From positions 43,402 to 107,401 of the forward strand of contig JANQLY010000009.1 in assembly GCA_028280345.1 (NCBI GenBank): a stretch of 64,000 bases of DNA, written 5' to 3'. Each line of letters starts with the position of its first letter. The first letter of the stretch is position 1. Positions 19,658 to 29,219 of this stretch are shown here, piece after piece. Source of the stretch: Pseudomonadales bacterium. GTDB taxonomy: Bacteria > Pseudomonadota > Gammaproteobacteria > Pseudomonadales > UBA7239. The notes below the pieces were generated by a model, which saw only the letters and a list, made by a program, of their open reading frames with translations, searched no databases and was not told the origin of the DNA. A program made the translations under genes and the position numbers.

Positions 19658-20845
19658 ATGAAATTATCTTTTTCTCCCGAAGATGAAAACTTTCGTAGTG
19701 AGCTGATTGCTTTTCTCGACGAGCACTGCCCGGCGGAGGCTAAAAAGAATCGCGATCTGATTGGCAGTGATTGTGTCGATGAAGATGGCATTATGATGAT
19801 TCCCGAGTGGGCAAAGCAGTGGCAGGCAACACTGTTTGATCACGGCTGGATGATACCGTCTTATCCAGTCGAACTTGGCGGTCGCAATGCGACACCGTTA
19901 CAAACTATGATTTACCTTGAAGAGCTGGCCTCAAGAGGTATTCCCCGTTCGGTTCATTTTGGGGGCTATGCGATTGTTGCTCCATCTTTGCTGGAGTTTG
20001 GTAACGATGCTCAGAAGGCGTTGGCTCCTGCGGCGATTCGTGGCGACACTGTGTGGTGTATCGGTATGTCTGAACCGGGTGCGGGTTCTGACCTGGCGGC
20101 ACTGTCTACCCGTGCAGAAGATAAAAGTGATCATTTTCTTGTCAGTGGCCAGAAAGTCTGGACCAGTTATGCAATGGTGGCATCAAAGTGTTTCTGTTAT
20201 GTGCGTACTGATCCGGAAGCGCCAAAACACAAAGGCATTTCCGTGCTGATTATCGATCTTGACACCCCGGGCATTGAAGTCAGACCGCTGCGCCATGTTA
20301 CCGGACATGCCGAGTTTGCAGAGGTATTTTTTGATGAGGTAAAAGTGCCAAAAGAAAATCTCGTCGGCGAACTCAATAAAGGCTGGCGTATTACCATGGG
20401 TTCGCTTGCCCATGAGCGCGGTGGTTTGTGGGTGACCGGTGTAGCGGGTTGCCAGCGCGCAGTGGATGATATTGTGGCGATGATTAAACGCCGCGGTTTG
20501 GAAAACGATGCAGCGATACGTCTCAAGGTTGCGAAACTCTATGCCCAGGTGCACAGTCTGCGCGCGATGGGTTGGAAAGGTTTTGCCTCTTTTGCCCAGG
20601 GCAGCAGTGCGCCTGAACATTCATTTATGAAAGTGGCAACATCGGAGTTGCAACAGACACTGTTTGAGTTGGGTATGGATATTCAGGAATCAGGGCTTGC
20701 GATCACAGATCCCGCTGTAGCAGAGGAAGAGGGGCGTTGGCAAAATACTTTCTTCGGCGCACTGGCATCGACGATCGGTGGTGGGACGTCTGAAATACAG
20801 CGCAATATTATTGCGCAGCATGTTTTGCAGTTACCAAAAAATTAA
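19658..20845 (+). CDS. acyl-CoA dehydrogenase (probable catalytic subunit)
   Basis: CIGMSEPGAGSDLA, GQKVWTS, EVFFDEV, TIGGGTSEIQRNII. Confidence 0.92.
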   Translation: MKLSFSPEDENFRSELIAFLDEHCPAEAKKNRDLIGSDCVDEDGIMMIPEWAKQWQATLFDHGWMIPSYPVELGGRNATPLQTMIYLEELASRGIPRSVHFGGYAIVAPSLLEFGNDAQKALAPAAIRGDTVWCIGMSEPGAGSDLAALSTRAEDKSDHFLVSGQKVWTSYAMVASKCFCYVRTDPEAPKHKGISVLIIDLDTPGIEVRPLRHVTGHAEFAEVFFDEVKVPKENLVGELNKGWRITMGSLAHERGGLWVTGVAGCQRAVDDIVAMIKRRGLENDAAIRLKVAKLYAQVHSLRAMGWKGFASFAQGSSAPEHSFMKVATSELQQTLFELGMDIQESGLAITDPAVAEEEGRWQNTFFGALASTIGGGTSEIQRNIIAQHVLQLPKN

Positions 20846-20860
20846 TATCAGGGTTTAACG

Positions 20861-21844
20861 ATGGATTTTTCACTTAGTGATGAACAACGCATGATCCAGG
20901 ATACAGCACGCTCGCTGTTTAACAAGGAGTGTGGTCTTGATCTGGTGCGCGCGGCCTGGCAGGACCACAATGCGGCGAAGCCGTTATGGGAAAAACACCT
21001 GAATGAATGGGTTGAAATAGCCCTGGGTGATCTGGCCGATCTGGCGTTGTTCATGGAAGAGTATGGTCGTACTGCAACTCCCGGTGAGTTTTTTGCCAAT
21101 GTGCTGGCACAGCAGGTGGCTACCGAGGCAGGCCTTTCCCTGAGCGGCTCAGCAACCGTAGCTGTTGCCGGTGAAGACGGACTGTGGCAACCCAACCAAC
21201 AATCCACCAAACATTTTGTGCCATCTGCGCATGATGTTGAGCAGATTATTGTGGTGACAGGCTCTGAGCAAATTATTCAGGCGGCACTGGTTTCAACAAC
21301 TGATGTAACTATCAATGAAGTGGAGCATATGGATCAGTTGCGTCCGCAGTGTACGGTAACTGTCAATGCGATGGGTGAAACGGCAGATATTGCGCCCGGA
21401 CAGTGGAGTTATTGCGTACAGCGTTGTCTGGTGACAACAGCGGCTGAACTTGTCGGGGTAGGTCGATATTTGCTTGAGAGTGCGGTTGAGTATGCTAAAG
21501 AACGTGAACAGTTTGGTAAACCGATAGGCGCTTTTCAGGGTTTGCAGTGGAAGCTGGTAGATGCGGCACTGGAACTGGAAAGAGCGGCGGCTGCAGTGGC
21601 TTATGCGGCAATGTGTGTTGATGCGGATGACGCGGATCGTGTGCGTGCTGTACACATTGCCAAGGCGGAAGCCGGACAGGCCGCGCGGCGCTGTGCGCGC
21701 ACCAGTATGCAGGTTCATGCGGGTATTGGTTATACCTGGGAACACGGTTTGCACTACTGGCTGCGTCGGGCTTATGCAGGTGATGCGTTTATGGGTACCT
21801 CCGAGTACCATTTCAAGCAACTAGCCGCAGAGCTGTTTGTTTGA
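20861..21844 (+). CDS. acyl-CoA dehydrogenase (short partner subunit)
   Basis: MDFSLSDEQ, YAKEREQFGKPIGAFQG, QVHAGIGYTWE; degenerate N-terminal half. Confidence 0.88.
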   Translation: MDFSLSDEQRMIQDTARSLFNKECGLDLVRAAWQDHNAAKPLWEKHLNEWVEIALGDLADLALFMEEYGRTATPGEFFANVLAQQVATEAGLSLSGSATVAVAGEDGLWQPNQQSTKHFVPSAHDVEQIIVVTGSEQIIQAALVSTTDVTINEVEHMDQLRPQCTVTVNAMGETADIAPGQWSYCVQRCLVTTAAELVGVGRYLLESAVEYAKEREQFGKPIGAFQGLQWKLVDAALELERAAAAVAYAAMCVDADDADRVRAVHIAKAEAGQAARRCARTSMQVHAGIGYTWEHGLHYWLRRAYAGDAFMGTSEYHFKQLAAELFV

Positions 21845-21883
21845 AATTCGTATTGCGAGCCATGCAAAGCTATGCTCTAATTA

Positions 21884-21910
21884 ACTTATTTGACAGACTG
21901 TCAAATAAGT
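21884..21910. promoter_or_regulatory. palindromic operator copy 3
   Basis: ACTTATTTGACA-GAC-TGTCAAATAAGT, a perfect 12-bp inverted repeat upstream of the MaoC pair. Confidence 0.8.
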
Positions 21911-21973
21911 CTGTACAGGATTGTAAGTGATTGTTTTTAAAATACTTTTGGAAATGAACGAGGTGAAAATCTA

Positions 21974-22468
21974 ATGAGTTTTGACGACTTTATCGGCAAG
22001 CCGACAGGCGCCAATACGATCCATGTTGAGCGTGGTTCAGTGAGCCGTTTTGCTGATGCCCTGACGGACAGTAATCCGGTCTACAGTGACCTGAATGCAG
22101 CGAAAGAAGCAGGTTTTGATGCACCGCCGTTGCCACCAACCTGGACTTTTGCCTCGGCCTTTCTCGGTGCGTATGCGGAAGATCAACCGGAAGATCCCAC
22201 CGGTGGTGAAGGTAATCCGATGATGAAAATCATGCGTGGTTTAATGAAAGATGGCGGTATGGTGTTGCACGGTGAGCAAGAGTTTCAATATCACCAGCCG
22301 GTACAGTGTGGCGATGTGCTGCATGGCGAAGGCAAGATTACGGATATCTACACCAAAGAATCCAAAGGCAAGGTGATGACCTTTGTTGTGATGGAAACAG
22401 TTTTTAAAAATGACGCCGGTGAGCCGGTTGTGACTGAAATTTTTAACCTCATTCACCGTGGTAAGTAG
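21974..22468 (+). CDS. MaoC-like dehydratase N-terminal-type subunit (HadA-like hot-dog fold)
   Basis: VERG...FA.A....NPVY, PPT, LHGEQEFQYHQPV..GD. Confidence 0.85.
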   Translation: MSFDDFIGKPTGANTIHVERGSVSRFADALTDSNPVYSDLNAAKEAGFDAPPLPPTWTFASAFLGAYAEDQPEDPTGGEGNPMMKIMRGLMKDGGMVLHGEQEFQYHQPVQCGDVLHGEGKITDIYTKESKGKVMTFVVMETVFKNDAGEPVVTEIFNLIHRGK

Positions 22469-22480
22469 GAGGGTAGAACA

Positions 22481-22909
22481 ATGGCAAATCCGGTTTTGAA
22501 ATTAAAATTTGATGATATTAACGAAGGCGACGAAGCGCCGGTTGTCAGCCATGAGCTGACTCGCACTGACCTGGTAAAATATGCCGGTGCTTCCGGTGAC
22601 TTTAACCCGATGCACTCTGACGAAGTGGCTGCCCAGGCGGCGGGCCTGCCAAGTGTGTTTGGTCACGGTATGTTTTCCATGGGTCTGCTCGGTCGTGCAA
22701 TTACTGATTGGGCTGGTGCGGGCAATCTGAAAAATTACACTGTGCGCTTTACCAAACAAACCTGGCCTGGTGAAACTCTGAGCACAAAGATTGTAGTAAC
22801 TGGTAAGGAAGAAACAGATGAGGGTAAAGTTGTTACTGCAGAAGTTACCCTGGTAAACCAGGATGGCGAGTCAAAACTGTCAGGCACGACAAAAGTATTG
22901 GCTGCCTGA
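22481..22909 (+). CDS. MaoC family (R)-specific enoyl-CoA hydratase/dehydratase
   Basis: Hydratase-2 motif YAGASGDFNPMH...HGM. Confidence 0.9.
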   Translation: MANPVLKLKFDDINEGDEAPVVSHELTRTDLVKYAGASGDFNPMHSDEVAAQAAGLPSVFGHGMFSMGLLGRAITDWAGAGNLKNYTVRFTKQTWPGETLSTKIVVTGKEETDEGKVVTAEVTLVNQDGESKLSGTTKVLAA

Positions 22910-22924
22910 TTCACGGCTCTTAAT

Positions 22925-22965
22925 ATAATGGCCCGGGTATTTAAAGATACCGGGCCATTATTTTT
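22925..22965 (+). terminator. Rho-independent terminator
   Basis: ATAATGGCCCGG...CCGGGCCATTAT followed by Ts. Confidence 0.65.
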
Positions 22966-23031
22966 GATCAGGTTTAAACGACAGACTACTAATATTCAAA
23001 GACCCCTAATCTTGAAATAGCGGAGAAAAAA

Positions 23032-24192
23032 ATGGCGAATTTTGGCAAGGTATATGTAATTGGTGTCGGTATGACCGATTTTGGCCGCTGTGAAGTGGAT
23101 ATCAAGGAACTTGCACAATCTGCTGCAAAGGATGCGTTAAAGGATGCCAATGTTGAATACAATAAAATTGAGCAGGCCTTTTGTGGTTATATTAATGGCA
23201 TGAGCACATTGGGGCAGCAATCACTCTATGGTGTCGGTATGACGGGTATACCTGTGTACAACGTACACAATAACTGTTCAACAGGTTCTACGGCTTTATA
23301 TCTTGCCTACAATGCTATTCGTACCGGCCTTAATGATTGTGTGCTGGCGCTGGGTTTTGAAAAAATGCAAAAAGGTTCTCTCGAGACACAATTACCAGGC
23401 CTTGAGGAGATTGCCAAGGATACAGAAAAAGAAAAGAAGGCGCCGATAGCAGCGCGTTTGTTTGGTGATGCGGGTCGTGATCATATGGAAAAATATGGCA
23501 CGAAAGCAGAAACCTTTGGCAAGATCGCAGTAAAAAACCATTTGCACTCGGTTAATAATCCGCGCTCCCAGTATCAGGAAACCTGCACGCTCGATGAAGT
23601 AATGGCTTCGCGCATGATCTATGATCCGATTACTCTGTGGCAATCCTGTCCTACGAGCGATGGTGCGGCTGCGGCAGTGGTGGTATCCGAAGACTGGTTA
23701 AAGAAAAATCCGCATCCAGGTGCGATTGAAATTGTTGGTATGTCTCTGACTACTGACATGATGGAAGATTTTTCCCGCGGCAAGATCGGCAATGTTGGCA
23801 TGGGGATGTGTGAGCGTGCCGCTAAAGAAGTGTATGAAATGTCCGGTTTTGGCCCCGAAGATGTCCAGGTTATTGAGCTGCATGACTGTTTTAGTACTGC
23901 TGAGTTGATTGCTTATGAAGGTCTTGGGCTGTGTGCTGAAGGAGAGGGAGAAAAGCTCGTTGAAGATGACGCGACTGGCTATGGTGGTAAATGGGTTGTT
24001 AACCCTTCCGGTGGTTTGCTTTCAAAAGGCCACCCGATTGGCGCTACGGGTCTGGCTCAATGCGCAGAATTAACCTGGCAGCTGCGAGGTACAGCGGACA
24101 AACGTCAGGTGGACAATGTCAATCTGGCATTGCAACATAATCTGGGTCTCGGTGGCGCTTGTGTTGTTGCAATGTATAAACGCGCTTCGTAA
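23032..24192 (+). CDS. SCP-x type thiolase / lipid-transfer protein
   Basis: NNCSTGSTA, GFEKM, CPTSDGAAA, ELHDCF, NPSGGLLSKGHPIGATG, HNLGLGG. Confidence 0.92.
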   Translation: MANFGKVYVIGVGMTDFGRCEVDIKELAQSAAKDALKDANVEYNKIEQAFCGYINGMSTLGQQSLYGVGMTGIPVYNVHNNCSTGSTALYLAYNAIRTGLNDCVLALGFEKMQKGSLETQLPGLEEIAKDTEKEKKAPIAARLFGDAGRDHMEKYGTKAETFGKIAVKNHLHSVNNPRSQYQETCTLDEVMASRMIYDPITLWQSCPTSDGAAAAVVVSEDWLKKNPHPGAIEIVGMSLTTDMMEDFSRGKIGNVGMGMCERAAKEVYEMSGFGPEDVQVIELHDCFSTAELIAYEGLGLCAEGEGEKLVEDDATGYGGKWVVNPSGGLLSKGHPIGATGLAQCAELTWQLRGTADKRQVDNVNLALQHNLGLGGACVVAMYKRAS

Positions 24193-24206
24193 TTGAATTT
24201 GTACTC

Positions 24207-24241
24207 AATAAAAAAGCCGGGCTAACCCCGGCTTTTTTATT
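24207..24241. terminator. bidirectional Rho-independent terminator
   Basis: AATAAAAAAGCCGGG-CTAAC-CCCGGCTTTTTTATT between convergent genes. Confidence 0.85.
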
Positions 24242-24254
24242 CGCAGCAGTATAA

Positions 24255-24905
24255 TTACTGTTTGAGTGCAGCAATAAACTCTCGGGACTCGGCAATTGAT
24301 TTGTCCATTTCCGCAATAAGCTTTTTTACATCCTTGTCAATGCTGGTGAGTTCGCCTTTGAGAGAGGCAATTGCTCGCGCATTGAGATTGTGTTTAAGAT
24401 AAAGCGTATGGTCGTGAAAGGTGTCGAGAACTGGTTGTAAACTGGCTTCCGAGCGTCGCATCGCTTTCATCAGACGCTCATAGTCACGGTGGGTCTGCTT
24501 GAGTTTTTTCTCGCTGTCACGTTTTAGTGAATCGCTATTGTAAAGGTCGATTTCATCTTCCCATTCATCAAACAGGGCTTCGGATACACTTTCTACCGCA
24601 TCAATTCGGTCGCGAATTTCCTCTGCGGCCGCGAGACTCTTTTCGTATTCCTTGTTCAGTTTGTTGTAAATCGCTTCGAGATCACCACCGTCGTAGTCGA
24701 CAACCGAACTGAACTGTTCAAGCGCATTTTTAAACTGTTGTTGGCCTTCCTCTTGAGCTTCGGTGACATCTTCAATACGATCCACCATAATTTCACGTTT
24801 ATGATAACCGACTTTCTCCATGGCGGAGTAGTAGGTTGATTCACAACCGGTGACTAGTAGAGCCAGACTGAGTATTAATGTGAAGCGGGGAAGATTAAAG
24901 TTCAC
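24255..24905 (-). CDS. DUF2959 family lipoprotein
   Basis: Lipobox LVTGC, YYSAMEKVGYHKR, LKHNLNARAI. Confidence 0.85.
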   Translation of the reverse strand: MNFNLPRFTLILSLALLVTGCESTYYSAMEKVGYHKREIMVDRIEDVTEAQEEGQQQFKNALEQFSSVVDYDGGDLEAIYNKLNKEYEKSLAAAEEIRDRIDAVESVSEALFDEWEDEIDLYNSDSLKRDSEKKLKQTHRDYERLMKAMRRSEASLQPVLDTFHDHTLYLKHNLNARAIASLKGELTSIDKDVKKLIAEMDKSIAESREFIAALKQ

Positions 24906-24907
24906 GG

Positions 24908-25102
24908 CTAGTCACGCTCTTTCATGGCTTTTTCGATTTTTTTATCGGTCTTATACTGGCTCAAAGCATAGACAGACCAGATGGCGGCGGGAATCCAGCC
25001 AATCAAAGTCAGTTGTAAAATCAGACAGATGATGCCTGCAAACGGGCGGCCAATGGTAAAAAACTGTAGCCAGGGTAGCAGCAGGGCGAGAATCAGGCGC
25101 AT
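24908..25102 (-). CDS. YqaE/Pmp3 family small membrane protein
   Basis: LLLPWL.F....R....IICLILQ.TLIGWIPAAIW pattern. Confidence 0.8.
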   Translation of the reverse strand: MRLILALLLPWLQFFTIGRPFAGIICLILQLTLIGWIPAAIWSVYALSQYKTDKKIEKAMKERD

Positions 25103-25201
25103 GTTTTAACCTCGTTATAGTGTTCGCGGCAGACAATGGTGTTGGATAGTACACGAAGGAGTGTGCTTAATCCATTCAAAGAGTGGCTTAAGGAGATGGC
25201 G

Positions 25202-26227
25202 TTATAGTAGGCCTTTGAGGCGGTTGTAAGCGGGCTGTTCTATAAATCGGAAACTTAATTCCGCAACAGCAAAAACCACTGCTGTCGTTATGACAAGATA
25301 ACCAATATTGGAAAAATATCCTTGCCAACCAAAACTGCTCCAGACAACACTGATTAAACCAGTCACTATCAAGTGGCACAGATATAAGGAATAGGAGCTA
25401 TCACCGAGGTGGGCGAGTGCTGCAGTGCCTTTGGCCTTGTGAAACTCCAGTGAAAGAAAACCGTAGACGATCATCACTGAAGGAATGCCCCAGGCGAGGA
25501 AGCGCCATGTTTCAATATCACTGATAAAATAGCGTGCGATAAAAATAGCAGGGAAGCCGGTTAACACAAATAGTAAGGCAGTCTGTCGTGACAAAAACCG
25601 CTGTTGTAAATAAATGTAACCAACAAATACCCCGGCAAGAAATTCAAGAACGATCGGATTAGTGTAAAAAGTGATGTCTTTGAACGACCAGTACACCTGG
25701 AAGGGATTGGCGAGAAAGCCGGCGAGGCAGGTGCCGGCTAGCCAGATAGTCAGTGCCAATAGGCGCCAGTGTCTTGGTAGCAATAGTGTTATTGTAAAGA
25801 CAAGATAGAAGTACATTTCATAGTTGAGTGTCCAGCCTACCATAAGCACGGGAAAGCCATCGGGAATAAACAGCAGGCTTTTCACGACTCTATCCACATC
25901 GGGTATGTCGCGGTTAAATGCTATGTACAAGGCGATAATCAGCAGAGTGTAGAACCAGTAAAGTGGTACGATGCGAATAACCCGGCGATAAAGAAATCTC
26001 CCGGCTATTGCAGGGCCGCTTGCTGTATCGCGGTTGATATACACCATAATAAAACCGCTGATAACAAAAAATAGATCAACTCCCCAGGAGCCATCAAAAT
26101 TGGCAAACAGCATATGCCCGGCATCCACCAGTTCCTGGCCATTTTTAATATGGAACAATGCAACTGCCGCAGCGGCAATAGCGCGTACGGACTGAATCGA
26201 ATCCAGTTTAAGCGTTGGTAAGGCCAT
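25202..26227 (-). CDS. acyltransferase-3 (OafA/YrhL-like) membrane O-acyltransferase
   Basis: R.IAA..V..FH, GVDLFFVISGF, F..RR.IRI.P, WTL.YE..FY, GD.SYSLYL.H, FIEQP. Confidence 0.9.
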   Translation of the reverse strand: MALPTLKLDSIQSVRAIAAAAVALFHIKNGQELVDAGHMLFANFDGSWGVDLFFVISGFIMVYINRDTASGPAIAGRFLYRRVIRIVPLYWFYTLLIIALYIAFNRDIPDVDRVVKSLLFIPDGFPVLMVGWTLNYEMYFYLVFTITLLLPRHWRLLALTIWLAGTCLAGFLANPFQVYWSFKDITFYTNPIVLEFLAGVFVGYIYLQQRFLSRQTALLFVLTGFPAIFIARYFISDIETWRFLAWGIPSVMIVYGFLSLEFHKAKGTAALAHLGDSSYSLYLCHLIVTGLISVVWSSFGWQGYFSNIGYLVITTAVVFAVAELSFRFIEQPAYNRLKGLL

Positions 26228-26420
26228 GCTGTCTATGCGAACTTGTTATTATGTGCTGTGGTCGAAATAATGGTGTCAAACTGGCAAGCCTTGAGGGCAA
26301 TGAGTCGGGGAATTATCCGTCTGTGCAGTAAGGTTTGTCAATTTGCGCACTATAAAAGGTAACTTTTCTTCCGCAACAGACTGTCATACCATAGATGCCA
26401 GTATTTTAAAGGGGAAATAG

Positions 26421-26855
26421 GTGATGAAGAAAATATTACGGTTATTAATGATATCAGGTTTGCTGCTGAGCTTTTCGCAGTTTGCAATAGCGAAGGGAGC
26501 CAAGGTATTGACCGATGTAAAAACCGACCTGAATGGCATGGACGTCACCCATGAGATTTTTGCTTATGAAAAACAGATCACCATGAAACTCAATAATCTA
26601 TCCGGCGTTGCGGCACGATGTGAAGCTGAATTTGATCTGAAAGCCCAGTCAAAGGAAAGACGCAAGGCAACGATTGAGTCGGGTAAATCTCATACGATGG
26701 TGGTTAGACTGGGCCGCACGCAAACCAAAATTAATATTAATCTGACTTGTTATGATGCCGCAGCTGGTGCGCCGGAAGAAGGCGACAAGGGGGCAGAGCA
26801 GGATGAGCCTTCAGTCGATGTCAGTGGCTCGGTCGGGGTGGAAGTGAGTAAATAG
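26421..26855 (+). CDS. hypothetical secreted protein
   Basis: Signal peptide, one Cys pair, acidic tail; GGGGA RBS. Confidence 0.7.
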   Translation: MMKKILRLLMISGLLLSFSQFAIAKGAKVLTDVKTDLNGMDVTHEIFAYEKQITMKLNNLSGVAARCEAEFDLKAQSKERRKATIESGKSHTMVVRLGRTQTKININLTCYDAAAGAPEEGDKGAEQDEPSVDVSGSVGVEVSK

Positions 26856-26921
26856 CCGTTAGCTGTTTGGCGGGCTTTTCCGTATAATTCGCGCGAGTTT
26901 TAGTAACAAGCCTGTTGACCC

Positions 26922-28436
26922 ATGACTGTCAGAACCCGTATCGCACCGTCGCCAACTGGTGATCCCCATGTTGGCACGGCGTATATTGCCCTGTTTAATT
27001 TGTGTTTTGCCCGCCAACACGGTGGCCAGTTTGTTTTGCGCATTGAAGATACTGACCAGCAGCGCAGTACTGCGCAGTCGGAGCAATTGATCTTTGATTC
27101 ATTGCATTGGCTTGGACTGGATTGGGATGAAGGGCCGGACAAGGGTGGCCCTCATGGACCTTACCGCCAAAGTGAGCGCGGTGATATTTACCGTGAATAT
27201 GCTCGCCAATTGGTTGATGCCGGGCACGCTTTTCACTGCTACCGCACACCGGAAGAACTTGAGGTGCTGCGCAACAGCCGCCGTGAGGCTGGATTGGCCA
27301 CGGCATTAAAACCGAGTGATCTGGCTTTGCCAGAGGCAGAAGTCGCAAAACGTGAGGCGGAAGGCGCACCGAGTGTGATTCGTATGTATGTGCCAGAAGA
27401 AGGTGTATGTACCTTCCAGGATCGCTTGCGTGGTGAAATCGAGATCGACTGGGCTCAGGTAGATGCGCAAATCTTGCTCAAGCAAGATGGTATGCCCACA
27501 TACCACCTGGCTAATGTGGTGGATGATCACCTGATGGAAATCACCCATGTGATTCGCGGTGAGGAGTGGATCAATTCTGCGCCAAAACACAAGTTGCTCT
27601 ATGAGTACCTGGGCTGGGAGATGCCGGAACTGATTCATTTACCGCTACTGCGTAATCCTGACAAATCCAAACTCAGCAAGCGCAAAAACCCGACAAGTAT
27701 CCTGTTTTACCAACGCATGGGTTTTATGCCAGAGGCCCTGACCAATTATCTTGGCCGTATGGGCTGGTCGATGCCCGACGAAAGTGAGAAATTCACGCTG
27801 GAGCAGATGCTTGAGGCTTTCGATATTGATCGTGTCTCTCTTGGTGGACCGGTATTTGATATGGAAAAGTTGCGTTGGCTCAACGGTTGCTGGATTCGTG
27901 AGGAATTGACGACAGAAGAATTTGCCGAACGTCTGATTAAAAACTGGTCTTATAACCAGGAATATCTACTTCCGGCGCTGAAACACCTGCAACAGCGTGT
28001 AGAGATATACAGCGATGTCGCACCGGCAGCCTGTTTTCTCGTCTCCGGCATGTTGGAAATAGATGACGAGAATTTTCGTCAGGGCTCAAGACTGGAGCTC
28101 GAGAAGCAACGGGAAATTTTGCAATTCTCTCTGTGGAGAATGGAAGATATGCTGGACTGGAATCGCGACTTGCTATTTGCAATGCTTAAAGACCTTTCAG
28201 AAAAGATGGATATTAAGCTGAAGGATTTCCTGACTCCGATCTTTATCGCGATTGCCGGTAGTACTTCTTCATTCTCCGTGATGGATTCAATGGAGATTCT
28301 CGGCCCGGATATGAGCCGAGCGCGCCTGCGCCACGCGCTGGAGGCATTGGGTGGTGTTTCGAAGAAAGCCGCGAAAAAGCTTGAAAAGGCCTATAGGAAA
28401 CTGGATGAAGGTGCCTCTGGGCCAGAGGAAGATTAA
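26922..28436 (+). CDS. gltX: glutamate--tRNA ligase
   Basis: [41 protein letters not shown]. Confidence 0.97.
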   Translation: MTVRTRIAPSPTGDPHVGTAYIALFNLCFARQHGGQFVLRIEDTDQQRSTAQSEQLIFDSLHWLGLDWDEGPDKGGPHGPYRQSERGDIYREYARQLVDAGHAFHCYRTPEELEVLRNSRREAGLATALKPSDLALPEAEVAKREAEGAPSVIRMYVPEEGVCTFQDRLRGEIEIDWAQVDAQILLKQDGMPTYHLANVVDDHLMEITHVIRGEEWINSAPKHKLLYEYLGWEMPELIHLPLLRNPDKSKLSKRKNPTSILFYQRMGFMPEALTNYLGRMGWSMPDESEKFTLEQMLEAFDIDRVSLGGPVFDMEKLRWLNGCWIREELTTEEFAERLIKNWSYNQEYLLPALKHLQQRVEIYSDVAPAACFLVSGMLEIDDENFRQGSRLELEKQREILQFSLWRMEDMLDWNRDLLFAMLKDLSEKMDIKLKDFLTPIFIAIAGSTSSFSVMDSMEILGPDMSRARLRHALEALGGVSKKAAKKLEKAYRKLDEGASGPEED

Positions 28437-28438
28437 AG

Positions 28439-28638
28439 CCATAAAAAACGCGGCAATTTGCCGCGTTTTTCGTGTTGGTGGAGCTAAGCGGGGTGAGAAG
28501 TGACGGAGGCAAAACGCTGTTTTGTCCGCTTCGAACGCCCACGACCTACCGGGAGTGGGCCGGGGGATCGCGCTTGTGTGACACCCATAAAAAACGCGGC
28601 AATTTGCCGCGTTTTTCGTGTTGGTGGAGCTAAGCGGG
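28439..28638. repeat. 54-bp direct repeat (tRNA-Ala 3' end plus terminator), two copies 92 bp apart
   Basis: CCATAAAAAACGCGGCAATTTGCCGCGTTTTTCGTGTTGGTGGAGCTAAGCGGG at 28439-28492 and 28585-28638. Confidence 0.9.
28443..28470. terminator. bidirectional terminator between gltX and tRNA-Ala (second copy at ~28589-28616)
   Basis: AAAAAACGCGGCA-ATT-TGCCGCGTTTTT. Confidence 0.8.
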
Positions 28639-28697
28639 ATCGAACCGCTGACCTCAACACTGCCAGTGTTGCGCTCTCCCAGCTGAGCTATAGCCCC
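28622..28697 (-). tRNA. tRNA-Ala (GGC)
   Basis: Reverse complement GGGGCTATAGCTCAGCTGGGAGAGCGCAACACTGGCAGTGTTGAGGTCAGCGGTTCGATCCCGCTTAGCTCCACCA; 76 nt, G3:U70 pair, encoded CCA. Confidence 0.98.
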
Positions 28698-28753
28698 GTA
28701 ATTTCTATATTGAGGTTCTGATACGCAAGGGGTGAATAGCCCCTTGATCAGGA

Positions 28754-28789
28754 GGACGGCATTCTAGAACCAAGGCCCTCAACTGTCAA
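28754..28789 (-). promoter_or_regulatory. sigma70 promoter of tRNA-Ala
   Basis: Minus strand TTGACA (28789-28784)-17 bp-TAGAAT (28766-28761), then a GC-rich discriminator GCCGTCC. Confidence 0.8.
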
Positions 28790-29085
28790 TGTGAGAATGG
28801 TCTTATCCTGCTTTGCTATATTTCATTCAATCAGCTTATATTAAAAGTATAAAGTAGCTATTGCCTGGGTTATCTGCGCTAAGGTGACTAACTTTATGGC
28901 ATTGTTGTGGTAACAGTTTAATTAGTAGTCTTGCGCAACAAACTAAAAACAGGTTTGCATATTTGTTTGGATAGTGTAGTCTCTTTAGTTGCAGCGCGTT
29001 GATTTGTACGTGCGAACGAACTGGTTAAATGCTTTGCTAAAAAGAAAAACAGTTTTGTGTACACGCTAGCCAAGCGAATACACTG

Positions 29086-29119
29086 GCGGCACAAGCCCTA
29101 CACTTGTGCTGCTTTTTTT
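29086..29119 (+). terminator. orphan Rho-independent terminator (end of candidate sRNA)
   Basis: GCGGCACAAG-N7-CTTGTGCTGC-TTTTTTT with no + strand ORF directly upstream. Confidence 0.7.
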
Positions 29120-29219
29120 ACATAATAAACAATCTATAGACTGTACTGTTATTTGGAGGGTTGATCATACTTCAGCAGGGCTGTGGTGAATAATGAGTGT
29201 TACACGGGAAGTTGGTGTT

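Noticed and set aside
28439-28638. Possible CRISPR array or attL/attR of an integrated element
   Set aside because: Only two copies, 54 bp long and tRNA-derived, with no cas genes or integrase; reported as a tRNA-linked repeat instead.
28500-28721. 73-aa ORF over the tRNA
   Set aside because: Antisense shadow of tRNA-Ala and the repeat.
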